From Eledone cirrhosa (lineage: Eukaryota), in the NCBI GenBank assembly GCA_964016885.1, contig OZ024749.1:24242001-24306000 (forward strand): a stretch of 64,000 bases of DNA, given 5' to 3'. Below are positions 1 through 12,089 of the stretch, in pieces; the first letter of the stretch is position 1; every line of letters starts with the position of its first letter. A model generated the notes under the pieces. That model was given only the letters and a program-made list of their open reading frames with translations. It did not search any database and was not told the origin of the DNA. The position numbers were made by a program, and so were the translations under genes.

Positions 1-42
1 TGTATATATATATATATATGTAGATATAGATATATATATATG

Positions 43-77
<35 letters not shown>

Positions 78-136
78 GTATATGTATATATATATATGTA
101 TTTGTACATTTATATATATATATGTGTATATGTACC

Positions 137-167
<31 letters not shown>

Positions 168-203
168 TGTACCTATATATATATATATATATATATATAT
201 AGG

Positions 204-264
<61 letters not shown>

Positions 265-289
265 GTATATATGTATATGCACATATACA

Positions 290-333
<44 letters not shown>

Positions 334-2101
334 GCATTAATATTAGTTTAATTTTCTTTGTAAATGTGATAAATATGAATTTAGTTGTGATTGGGTCGGT
401 GCGTTATTTTGTGCCACGCTGTATATTAACAAAATTTCACATAAAGGCGGCAAATTGTTTGTCTTTAAAATGTCAAATATAATGTATTGCGCTATACGTT
501 TCGGGGCTCTGCGATCTGTTTCATATCCCGCTGGCGCCAGTATTAATTTACCTCCTTTCCATGTCGTCAAATAAGGTGCCAGTGAAGTACTCGTTTTGAT
601 ATTACCCTCTACCCATTCTCTCTTTCTACATCTTTGTTCATACTCTCTCGCTTCTTCATCCATACGCACTATAAACTCCTTCTCTCTATAGCTTTCTCCC
701 TCTCTCTCCTGAGTGTCGATTAGGATGCTTTGGTTCCTGCCTTCAAATTGTACGCTAAATCGGATCTAGGTTGTCCTTACTGCGGTACAGACTATTGGAA
801 GTACTTGAACGATGTTTCCTTGTTCAGGATACATTCGCCCTCTGCCAACAACGTCGGAGATGTTCAAAGAGTTATTAGCTCTCTTCTATTTCCTCTTCAC
901 AAAAATATATGGAAAGTAGAATATATTCCTTCACCGCTAAATGTATTTATTAATTTAGTCTTCTCTAGTGACTTTGAAGAAGACATCGCTCTGCATCTTT
1001 ACCGATATATCTATGTATTTAAGTGTCATCGATACCTTTTAAGAAATCTTCTCACTAATTAAAAGCTAAGAGATTTTGTCATTGACCTCCTTAGAGGCAA
1101 ATCTCAGAAATTTCGTACCAAGTAATGCTATGGCGTCGTTAAACTATTCATCGCAGGCAAATAATCAAAGTTTAAAATTCTGATTAACGGTTTAACAAAG
1201 AAATTTGGAGTGAACGAGAGCTTGTTGACGCTCGTGGCAATTTTTTGCTGAAATTCCGGCTGACGTAATGAAGATGCATACAATCATAATGTAATGGAAG
1301 TATAGCACACATTCCGAAGAAAAAAACAAATGAACTCAGATAGACTGATAAACACTCTCTAGTTTTCATTAGTGGTTTCATGTTTACTTCGACGAAATGA
1401 CATGTGATTAAAAACTAATTGATGGCCGCAGGATCTATAGACGTTGCATTAAACAGCGTCTGCTGCTGCTGCAGCAGTCGAAATTGACAGTTATAATTTA
1501 TTTGAGAGAGAGAACGAAAGAGAGACAGATTGAAAGTGAATGGGGAAGAGATTGGGCTGGAATTGATTTATTTAATTTTGTTAGGTGATTTAAATATTTT
1601 TTGATTTTTATTAAATTATATTAAAGAAAATAATAAAATAAAACTATAAATACAGAAATTCTAAAATAAAAATGTGTTTAGAAATCGATGTACGTTTGAT
1701 GAATCTGTTCATACATTCAAATACTGAGGGGCGGGGGGAAATCATATTTTATACCTATATATACATATGAAGAATCTCATTTAAAATGAGAACTCATCAG
1801 TATATATAACAAATCGTTAAATTTAAACCTTTAATAAAAGAAATACCTGTCCTTCGCAATACATGAGTAGAACATGTATCAATACTTGTAATAGAATTCC
1901 AGTTTTGTTTAAATTCTACACACAAATACGTCTTTTTCTCACATATCGGTCTTCGTCTTTGCCAGGTGTTACTTTTCATGACAGTATTTAAACTGCTTCA
2001 TTCGACAAGCTGACATTGTGTGCAGTTGTGTTCATTTTAAAACTAACATGTTGAATTTATGTATCCCATTGAAGACGCGCATAGCCCAAATTGTGTAATA
2101 T

Positions 2102-2181
2102 CTGCTGATATTGCACAGTTCACTGTACGTAATATTTTAGTGACTGCTAGAGCCAGAATGTTGCACAGAAACTAGGTCCGG
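2102..2181 (+). ncRNA. Possible decayed hammerhead
   Basis: CTG-CTGATAT-TGCA..TGCA-ca-GAAA-CTAGG-TC-CGG; core is non-canonical. Confidence 0.35.
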
Positions 2182-2342
2182 TTAGTTTTTTAATGCGGAG
2201 GTATCATTACCAAAACACGGCCAGTATACTCACTTACTAATAGGGTGCACTCTGAATGATAAAGTGCAGTTACTCAACTGCAAGCTTCCTAAATCGTTTA
2301 ATGGGTAACGGGCGGCGAAATGAAATCGGTAAGTTTCGTATA

Positions 2343-2412
<70 letters not shown>

Positions 2413-2434
2413 TATACGAAACTTACTGATTTCA

Positions 2435-2478
<44 letters not shown>

Positions 2479-2500
2479 TATACGAAACTTACCGATTTCA

Positions 2501-2925
<425 letters not shown>

Positions 2926-2977
2926 CCCAATAAACCTTTATTTGTCTGCCTCTCTGTTTTGTTCCCGTCCAAATGTG

Positions 2978-3022
<45 letters not shown>

Positions 3023-3555
3023 TAATAAAAAATATATGGATTAGAAAGCAAGACATTTAAAACAAGATGTAATCCTTACAGTGTTTCGTTTGAAAGTACA
3101 TTTATATATTATCCTCTATTCTTATCATATGTGTCTCTTACTTTGTTATATATATATATAAATAATATACACACGCAAACACTTATATATATACAGGCAT
3201 TAGCAGGTCTGAGCACAATCTCCATATATATATAAGCAAGACAGACACCAACAAAAGCAACAACAACATCATCATTAACACCAACAACAAAGGATGTACC
3301 TGCAATCATTTGGATAATATAAACAGCAGCAAGTGTAATTAAAACAAAAACAAAAGCAACAATAGGAACAACACCACCAACAATCACTTTGATAACAACA
3401 ACAACAGTAACAACATTATCATCCAGAATCATTTGACAGTATAAATAGCAAGTTTAACAACAATAATAATGAGAGCAACAGTCACACAAGCGTAACAACA
3501 ACAAAAAACAATAGCAACAACAACGACAACAACGATTATTTTGACAATATATAGC

Positions 3556-3921
3556 AACAACAAAAACAACACCAACTACAAAAACAACAATAAAAACAAC
3601 AACAACAAAAACAACAAAAACAACAAAAATAACATCAACAAAGACAACAAAAATAACATCAACAAAAACAACAAAAATAACATCAACAAAAACAACAAAA
3701 ATAACATCAATAGAAACAACAAAAATAACATCAACAAAAACAACAAAAATAACATCAACAAAAACAACAAAAATAACATCAACAAAAACAACAAAAATAA
3801 CATCAACAAAAACAACAAAAATAACATCAACAAAAACAACAAAAATAACATCAACAAAAACAACAAAATCAACATCAACAAAAACAACAAAATCAACATC
3901 AACAAAAACAACAAAAACAAC
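3556..3921. repeat. 24-bp minisatellite (AACAACAAAAATAACATCAACAAA)n
   Basis: About 12 near-perfect units. Confidence 0.95.
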
Positions 3922-4134
3922 AGGCGTCTCAAGACGAGACTTTTCACTTTGTTCCAATAGAAATGTATTTGTACTTTTAATTCTTTTCCTTCGACGTTGC
4001 ATGTTAGTTGACGTACGTTTTAAAAGGGATTTTATGTTTCTGAACTTTAAATGACCGAATATATTTGTAGCCAGTAGGTGGGAAGTTCATTGATTTACCA
4101 TTCCAAATTCATGACAGGCCTGAAACAAAATAAT

Positions 4135-4310
4135 TGTTTCTACTTTTGGCACAAGACCAGCAATCACGCAGTGCATTACTGGTACTTTATTTTATCGACC
4201 CCGTAAGGATGAAAGGCAAAGTTAACCTCGGCGGGATTTGAACTCAGATAGTAAAGGGACGTAACTACGCTGAAAATCATGTCCGACCCTTTACCGATAC
4301 TGCCAATTCA
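4135..4310 (-). mobile_element. tRNA-derived SINE (family A) with 16-bp target-site duplication
   Basis: A box TGGCAGTATCGG, B box GAGTTCAAATCCC, body GCCTTTCATCCTTACGGGGTCGATAAAATAAAGTACCAG; CCTGAAACAAAATAAT at 4119 and 4311. Confidence 0.9.
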
Positions 4311-4326
4311 CCTGAAACAAAATAAT

Positions 4327-4965
4327 GTTTTCCGATATAGGCACAAGGCCAACCATTTTGGGGATGGGTAATGTTGAGTAAATCGACCCCAGTGCGTGAC
4401 TGGTACTTTATTTTATCAACACCTTAAGGATGAAAAGCAAAGCTAACCTCGGCGGGATAATAATTATGGTTTCTGATATAGGCACTTGTCCAACAAATTT
4501 TGTGGAGGGGAAAGTTGATTAAATTGATCCAAATGCGTTAATGGTGCTTTATCTTATCAACCCCTTAAGGATGAAGGGCAAAGCTAACCACGCTGAGATA
4601 CTAATTATGGTTTCTAATATAGGCGTGCGTCCATTAATTTTTGGGGAAGGGAAAGTTGGTTAAATGTTGTTGATTAAGTGCGTTAATGGTACCTTATTTT
4701 CCCAACCCCATAATGATGACGGGATAGGCTAACCTCACCAGGATAATAATTATGGTTTCCGGTTTAGGTACAAGGCCAACAATTTGGATGGGGTGAAGGA
4801 AAGTTGATTAAATTCACCCCAGTGCGTTAATAGTACTTTATTTTATCAACCCCTTAAGGATGAAAAGCAAAACTAACCTCGGCGGGATAATAATTATGGT
4901 TTCTGATTTATACACAGGGCTAACAATTTAGGGCGATGGGAATGTCGATTAGATCGACTCCAGTA
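4327..4965 (-). repeat. Tandem array of headless SINE bodies, period about 143 bp
   Basis: About 4.5 units starting AATAATTATGGTTTC and ending AACCTCGGCGGGAT. Confidence 0.85.
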
Positions 4966-4984
4966 CCCACTTAAACATACCCAC

Positions 4985-5215
4985 ACCGACCATAATTAAA
5001 TATGGAATGACACGCGATGCCCCCCCCCCCCACACACACACAGCCCCGGCGGTCAGAATGGAGAAGGCGTTTCCCCGGAGGACGGCAAGGGAGACGCGCT
5101 GGAAAAGCCACTCCAACTCGCGGGGCTCGCACCTGCGGCTGGCCTGCTCATCGCCTATGGTGGTGAGTAGGGAGGTAGCCGTAGGGCCGAGGACACCAGA
5201 AATCTCCACTGCCAG
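4985..5215 (-). mobile_element. 3' end of a CRE-type non-LTR retrotransposon (restriction-like endonuclease C-terminus)
   Basis: EISGVLGPTA..EPRELEWLFQRVSLAVLRGNAFSIL motif. Confidence 0.75.
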
Positions 5216-5217
5216 GG

Positions 5218-5743
5218 GTACTGTAGTTTATTTTATTATGATGAAAGACAAAGTTAACCTCAGCAAATTTGAACTCAGAAAGAAAAGGAGGGAAACTATA
5301 TGCTCCAATACTTCAACGATACTGCCAAGCCACCGCATTTATATAATAATAGTTGTTTCTACTTTAGGCACAATGCCAGCAATTACCCAGTGCATTACTG
5401 GTACTTTATTTTATCGACCCCGCAAGGATGAAAGGCAAAGTCAACCTCGGCGGGATTTGAACTCAGATCGTAAAGGGACGTAACTATGCTGGAAAGCATG
5501 GCGTCCGACCCTCTACCGATACTGCCAAGCCACCGCATTTATATAATAATAGTTGTTTCTACTTTAGGCACAATGCCAGCAATTATCACAGTGTATTACT
5601 GGTACTTTATTTTATCGACCCCGTAAGGATGAAAGGCAAAGTTAACCTCGGCGGGATTTGAACTCAGACTATAATAATAGTTTCTACTTTTGAGACAAGG
5701 CCAGCAATTACTCCAGTGCATTACTGGTACTTTTTTTTATCGA
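5218..5743 (-). mobile_element. Cluster of about 4 family-A SINE copies, full and partial
   Basis: Repeated B box and body. Confidence 0.9.
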
Positions 5744-5759
5744 CGCATTATCTACTGAT

Positions 5760-6240
5760 GATATCTGCAGATATTATGTTCAAGGACATAACGCATCAGC
5801 CAGTCCGGGAAACAGCCTCCCACTCCAACGATTGTGAATCCAATTCTTTAAACACGAGCCACGTTCCTACCCATTAAAGTACTCCACAAAACATTTTTCA
5901 ACATCACCAGCAGAGATAGAAAAACTCTTCACAGTTCAATTTTATAGGAATTGGATTGAATAGGACAAGATTCACGGTGTCCTTTATCAATAGCCGGAGT
6001 CAGCCACCACAATTATAACTAGTGATATGAGATCCTCGATTAAGTGACCTTACGTTAAAGTCGATCCTAGATCATGCAAATTCATACTTCCTCCTTTACT
6101 TGCAGCCACAATTGTCGGATTAAAGAAAATAAGAGGCCATTCACCTGCATCCCTGAGAAGGTAAGTTGATCCGCTCTATATTTCCAAACAGATTTTTTAA
6201 TATATATATATTTCATTAGATTTGAAAAAGAATGTTCGAA
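5760..6240 (-). pseudogene. Highly decayed GIY-YIG-like PLE relic
   Basis: Frame-hopping peptides loosely like a PLE endonuclease (KGHRESCP..SYKI), followed by a CTGATG-started hairpin region. Confidence 0.3.
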
Positions 6241-6452
6241 TGTTCTGAGAATATAAAATTGATAATTAAATAAACATCCGTAATAAACTAACCGAGAAAT
6301 GGGAAATTTTCTAACTAATAAAAACTCCGACACAAAATCAATGGTGCGTATGTTTTATTGGCAGAATGACACTTCCAGAATCAACAATGTCTCATCAAAC
6401 GATGGGACATCAAGAATCTTGAATCTTGAAAATAGAGTACCTGTACGTACGT

Positions 6453-6564
<112 letters not shown>

Positions 6565-6661
6565 GGGAATGGACGAAGAACCCAAGAGCACACACTTCGT
6601 CCGTTCTCATGTCGATTCGATTTGGATTGCCTCGGAAACATAACCTTATTATGTAAAAAGC

Positions 6662-6731
6662 TGTCTGACGATGTCGCGACACTGGCGCACGGAACAGTGT
6701 GACCACTGTCGCCATTGAAATATATATCACA
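6662..6731 (+). ncRNA. Type I hammerhead ribozyme
   Basis: TGT-CTGACGA-long stem II-GAAA-TATATA-TC-ACA. Confidence 0.75.
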
Positions 6732-6778
6732 CCATTATTATTAAGACATGAACACCTGAAACTACTTCGCTTTTCCTT

Positions 6779-6833
<55 letters not shown>

Positions 6834-6871
6834 CTGATAGTGCTGATATAGTGCTTCTTATAGCTTTAATT

Positions 6872-6909
6872 GCCCTGATGAGTCCTTAATAGGACGAAAC
6901 ATTGTTGGC
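6872..6909 (+). ncRNA. Type I hammerhead ribozyme
   Basis: GCC-CTGATGA-GTCCT taat AGGAC-GAAA-CATTG-TT-GGC, then AATAAA. Confidence 0.9.
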
Positions 6910-7414
6910 TAATAAAGACTTTTGATGTATTGAAGGCTTCTTTGGTTTATTTTCATAATTCTTCGGCTCTGTTTAATTACATTGAGCTATACCTTTACTG
7001 TCATTTCTATAATACGAAAAGGGTGTTTAACTCCAACCCACTCTAGTATTTTAATTCTTATATATATATATATATATAGAATAAGGAAAAACGAAGTAGT
7101 TTCAGGTGTTCATGTCTTAATAATAATGCTGTGATATATATATATATATAAATGTGTGTGTGTGTGTGTGTGTTTGTGAATTTTAAAAGGGAAGTGAGGA
7201 TCTATACAAAACAGTGGTTATAGAGAAAGGGTGAAATTGGAAATAGCACGGAACAAATGTGAGGGACAATTGTTTTAAAAAAGAGTTTTATAATGTATCT
7301 AAAGTATATAGATTATATAAAACATACACATATATATATATATATATATTTTTTTTTTTCAGTATATCTTGGTTGCTTACGGAGTAAAACAACATGTGTA
7401 CCACACCAATTCGG

Positions 7415-7469
7415 ACTGCCTGAAGAGGTCACAGCCAATGAAGGCTATCACCGAAATATATATAGCAGT
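7415..7469 (+). ncRNA. Type I hammerhead ribozyme
   Basis: ACTGC-CTGAAGA-GGT..ACC-GAAA-TATATA-TA-GCAGT, then AATAAA. Confidence 0.9.
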
Positions 7470-7513
7470 ACATCTTTAATAAACGAAGCCAAATTTTAAA
7501 TATTTGACTTAAT

Positions 7514-7593
<80 letters not shown>

Positions 7594-8154
7594 GTATGTA
7601 AAAGGTAAACAGAAATAATCGCTACAGTATATGGAAGGTATATATTTATTTGTATGTTTGTTTTTATATAATTATATAAATATATATATATATATTTCAA
7701 GGGTTAAACTAATATATATTTTTTTAGGTACTGTGCCCTTTGTTTTGTGCTTTTGTTTTCCTGTTTACCTTTTACATACATATGCTTATATACAGAAAAG
7801 GAGAGCTATTATTACAAGGAACAGTATGTACCGATAAAGACGTATGTAATGGAGAATATTCTATATAATGACATATCTTTTTTCTATTTGTTTTTAACAA
7901 CATTTCTGTCATATAACCAAGTTTTCATAATTGCTAAGAAGGAAGAATTGCGATTAAGATGGAAATAATCCGCTACCTTGATATTGTCGTTTAATGAAAA
8001 GTACTAAAATCGGCCCTATCTCATTTCAAATAATGTATATATATATATAACCACCTATCAAACATAAATTGATGGAAATAGAGTTATACTGTTTCTACTC
8101 CACATACTACCACTTTTATATCGATTTACTTACTATTTCTATATTATTTACATG

Positions 8155-8227
<73 letters not shown>

Positions 8228-8780
8228 ATTTTTCTCTTTTCAATTCCATACAATTCGCTTACCCCTTACATATACACTCACAAAAAAAAAATAATCATAC
8301 ATATATACCATCAGTATTAGATTTCAAATAATGTATATAATTATACTTTCGTTTTCTTTTACAAACTGATGTTGGTACTGATCGTGTAATTCCCCTCTTC
8401 TCTTTATAACACATTTTAATATGTTTAACCCTCATTACGCAGGCATGTCCCAGATTCAAACAAAATGCACTCGCAGAGTCGTTATTGCATTCGACATAAT
8501 GCTTTGAATAAATTGGAAACGGACTTTTACATTCTGAGTTCAAATCCTTCCAAGCATTACTTTCCTTCCTGAGTCAATAGAATAAAGGACCAGTAACGCA
8601 TTGCAGTCTAATCGATACTGCCCCAACCCAAAATGTGAACAGAACTGCAGACACTAATGTTTCTGGGTATCACCTTCATCAGTTGTTCACCTGCCAAATC
8701 AGGCCGATCAGTCACTGTGTATTTTTGAAAATAGCATATATTTTCACTAGCTCTGACAGTTGGCAGGTGAACAGTGAGCC

Positions 8781-8820
8781 GTACTGATGAAGGGTGATAC
8801 CCAGAAACATTAGTGTCTGC
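8781..8820 (+). ncRNA. Type I hammerhead ribozyme (inverted partner at 8646-8685 has a broken stem I)
   Basis: GTA-CTGATGA-aGGGT gat ACCCa-GAAA-CATTAGTG-TC-TGC. Confidence 0.75.
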
Positions 8821-9100
8821 AGTTCTGATCACATGCCAACACAAAAGCAAGAATGAATTGTTCATTCTACAGACATGGCTATAAAATTGAGGCTTGTTTG
8901 CATAATTGCAAACGAATCGAATGTTATTTAATATTCGAAAAACTCAGATTATATTTAATATAGAGAGAGGGAATTGGAATAGAATTAAGTGTCACCATAA
9001 CATTAACTAAATGATATTTCCTAATAATGGGGCGTATAAAACCACTAAAGAGAAAACGATGGTGTGGATACCCCTCAGATCTGATGGGTTATATGTCTAG

Positions 9101-9355
9101 GTGGATTGGCAGTATCGGTAGAGGGTGGGACACCATGCTCTGCATAGTGTTACGGCACTTTATGATCTGAGTTCAAACCCCGCGGAGGTTAAATTTGCCT
9201 TTCATCCTTACGGGGTCGATAACATAAAGTACCATTCACGCACTGGAATCGGTTTAATCGACTTTCCCCTCACCCAAAATTGCTGGCCTTGTCCCTATAT
9301 AAGAAAACATTATTAGAATATATAATGCTGGCCTTGTGCCAAAAGTAGAAACAAA
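9101..9355 (+). mobile_element. Family-A SINE, full length
   Basis: A and B boxes, body, duplicated GCTGGCCTTGT tail. Confidence 0.9.
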
Positions 9356-9905
9356 TTTTAGAATATATTTTGTAGTCAATGTTACGGCGATGATTCTCTT
9401 TATATTGAAATAGAAAGAGAAGCATCGCCGTAGCATTGACTACAAAATATATTCTAATAGAAATACATTTTATAAACACACGCACGCACGTACGTACGTA
9501 CGTACGTTCGTGTGTGTGTGTGTGTGTGTATATTTATGCATATGTATTTACATATATTTATTAGTTTCTCAAATTCTCCCAAATTTTTCATATGGAATGT
9601 TATGTTTATAATCCATAAATTTCCAATTGCAATAATGATAACATTTAAAATTTAATCACTTTAAACACTTCACAACTAATTCTTAAGTAATTACTAAGTA
9701 ATTATTCTTAGTATATTTTATTTGTTTGTTTCATAATTACTATGTCTTCCACTCACACGCTGGCACACACAATATCACTCAATCACACTCTCTCACATAT
9801 TTATATATACATATAAATGTGTGTGTGTCTGTATATATATATATATGTATACAAATAGATGTGTATATATGTATATACAGTATATATATGTGTTTGTGTA
9901 TGCTT

Positions 9906-10070
9906 GGTCGCTTTCGAGTGCTACTGGTAACATGTAATCAGTACAACCTATCTTAGTCGTTGGCGACTAAAGCGGCAACGCCACCAGCTAGCTTGGTGAT
10001 ATTTGGACACCCTGGGGAATGAAATACGAGACACGGCAAAGGGCGGAGGAACTCAGCATAGTCAACGCCT
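9906..10070 (+). ncRNA. Divergent copy of the structured 5' motif (candidate ribozyme)
   Basis: Shares GTGCTACTGGTAACATGTA, CAGTACAACCT, TCGTTGGCGACTAAA, GGCAAC, TTTGGACA, CAAAGGGC, AGTCAA with 19742-19923. Confidence 0.5.
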
Positions 10071-10420
10071 GACCAAATAGTATTTTTTTGGTTTTATTTT
10101 CACCTGGGAGTGACAGGCCCCCAGTTGTTTTCACAACACTTTTCTAGGAGAGCGAAAAAGCCTGCGGCTTTAGGAGCATCCGATGATGTTGACCAGTTCT
10201 CCCTTTTCGGGTTGTTTTCGATGCTCAGGGAGTGGGAGTGGTCGAGAGCAAATCCTTTCCCCACTTCAAAAAACCTTCAAAGCGCGGGTATTGCTTGTTC
10301 AGGATATGTTACAGGTTCGTCTGGCTGGACTTAGCCTAAAGTCGCACCAAACTCTATGATCTGACAAGTAATTGCAATACCTCTGTAGTAGTAATGACAT
10401 TCTGTCATTTCTACTACAGA

Positions 10421-10495
10421 GGTCTGACGAGCTTCTGATTCCGGAGTCGGGCCAGATCGAACCTTGTGCTCATCAGTTGCAAAACGCGCGTCACC
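10421..10495 (+). ncRNA. Hammerhead ribozyme with GAAA changed to AAAA
   Basis: GGT-CTGACGA-GC..GC-AAAA-CGCGCG-TC-ACC, then AATAAA; the change is consistent with CpG decay. Confidence 0.7.
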
Positions 10496-10638
10496 AATCA
10501 ATAAACGTAATGGAGTAACAGCCCATCCTTGTTTGATTATACTACACTCTGTCCAGCACTACACCTCGACACAGAAGTGAACCTAAACATCGAGTGCTCA
10601 CCTGGGTGAACCTACAGCAACTCCGCGTTACACTTCCT

Positions 10639-10679
<41 letters not shown>

Positions 10680-10690
<11 letters not shown>

Positions 10691-11115
10691 ATGTGTGTGT
10701 GTGTACGTGTGTCTGTGTGTGGTTATATTTGTGTTTATCAATATAGATATTCGTAAAGATGAGAGAAGCGCTATGCTATCCAGTTTCCTTAATAAATCAG
10801 TAATTTAAAATCGGCATATGATGTTCAAGCTGTTGTAGATACTGGTGAGGATTGTTTGGCCATGGGCTGCAGCGCTCAAAATTTATAAATGGAGAGAGAA
10901 TTCTCTGCTCATTTATAAATGCCCAACAATCCTCAGCAGAATCTACAATGGCTAGAACATCCAAACCCGATTTTAAATTACTGATGTTTAAGAAAACTGG
11001 ATAACAGAGCGCTTCTCTCTTCTTTACCAATATCTATATTGATAAAACACGCAACGCACGCGCACGCACACGCACACTCACGCACACACACGCACACACA
11101 CACGCACATACGCAC
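10680..11115. repeat. About 430-bp imperfect palindrome
   Basis: 10731-10814 pairs with 10967-11050, 10820-10860 with 10921-10961; inner ATTTATAAAT arms; (GT)n and (AC)n outer arms. Confidence 0.85.
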
Positions 11116-11169
11116 ATACATACATACGCACGCACGCACGCACGCAAGTAGAGTGGACGGTGATGAGTA

Positions 11170-11406
11170 GGAATTGTATGTACGAATCAAAAGCTGCTGG
11201 AATTAGTTAAACAATCTACTGCAGTCAGAATAAAGTATTTGGCTAGTTTTCTCTTTATTTTTTTGTCTACATGGTTATATAAGCAGGACTTATTATTCCA
11301 ACACAGATTGCTAATGTTCGTCAACTCGTTAAGAGAATTTTCATAATTCTATTATTTTCTATAGAACGTATCAAATCCAATTATCACACGGGTAATTGTG
11401 TTTGAC
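11170..11406. repeat. Dispersed repeat, near-identical direct copy at about 34808-35044
   Basis: Direct sequence comparison. Confidence 0.85.
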
Positions 11407-11431
11407 TGCACCAACAGATACATATGCAGAC

Positions 11432-11578
<147 letters not shown>

Positions 11579-11579
11579 T

Positions 11580-11616
<37 letters not shown>

Positions 11617-12089
11617 TTATATATATATATATATATATATATACATAGATAGATAGATAGATATACATATATAGATAGATAGATAGATATAGATAGATAG
11701 ATAGATATATATATATATACATATAGATAGATAGATATATATACATATATAGATAGATATATATATATACATATATAGATAGATAGATATACATATATAG
11801 ATAGATATACATATATAGATAGATAGATAGATATATATACATATATAGATAGATAGATATACATATATAGATAGATAGATATACATATATAGATAGATAG
11901 ATAGATATACATATATAGATAGATAGATAGATAGATATACATATATAGATAGATAGATATAATATATAGATAGATAGATATACATATATAGATATATAGA
12001 TAGATAGATATACATAGATAGATAGATATAGATGGATAGATAGATATACATATATAGATAGACATATATATATAGAGAGAGAGATAGAT

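Noticed and set aside
3454-4002. Asn/Lys-rich and Val/Phe-rich ORFs
   Set aside because: Products of the 24-bp minisatellite
4327-4965. Regularly spaced repeats resembling a CRISPR array
   Set aside because: Whole units are homologous SINE bodies; no unique spacers, no cas genes, eukaryotic context
9101-9190. tRNA gene suggested by A and B boxes
   Set aside because: It is a SINE head followed by body and tail, present in many diverged copies
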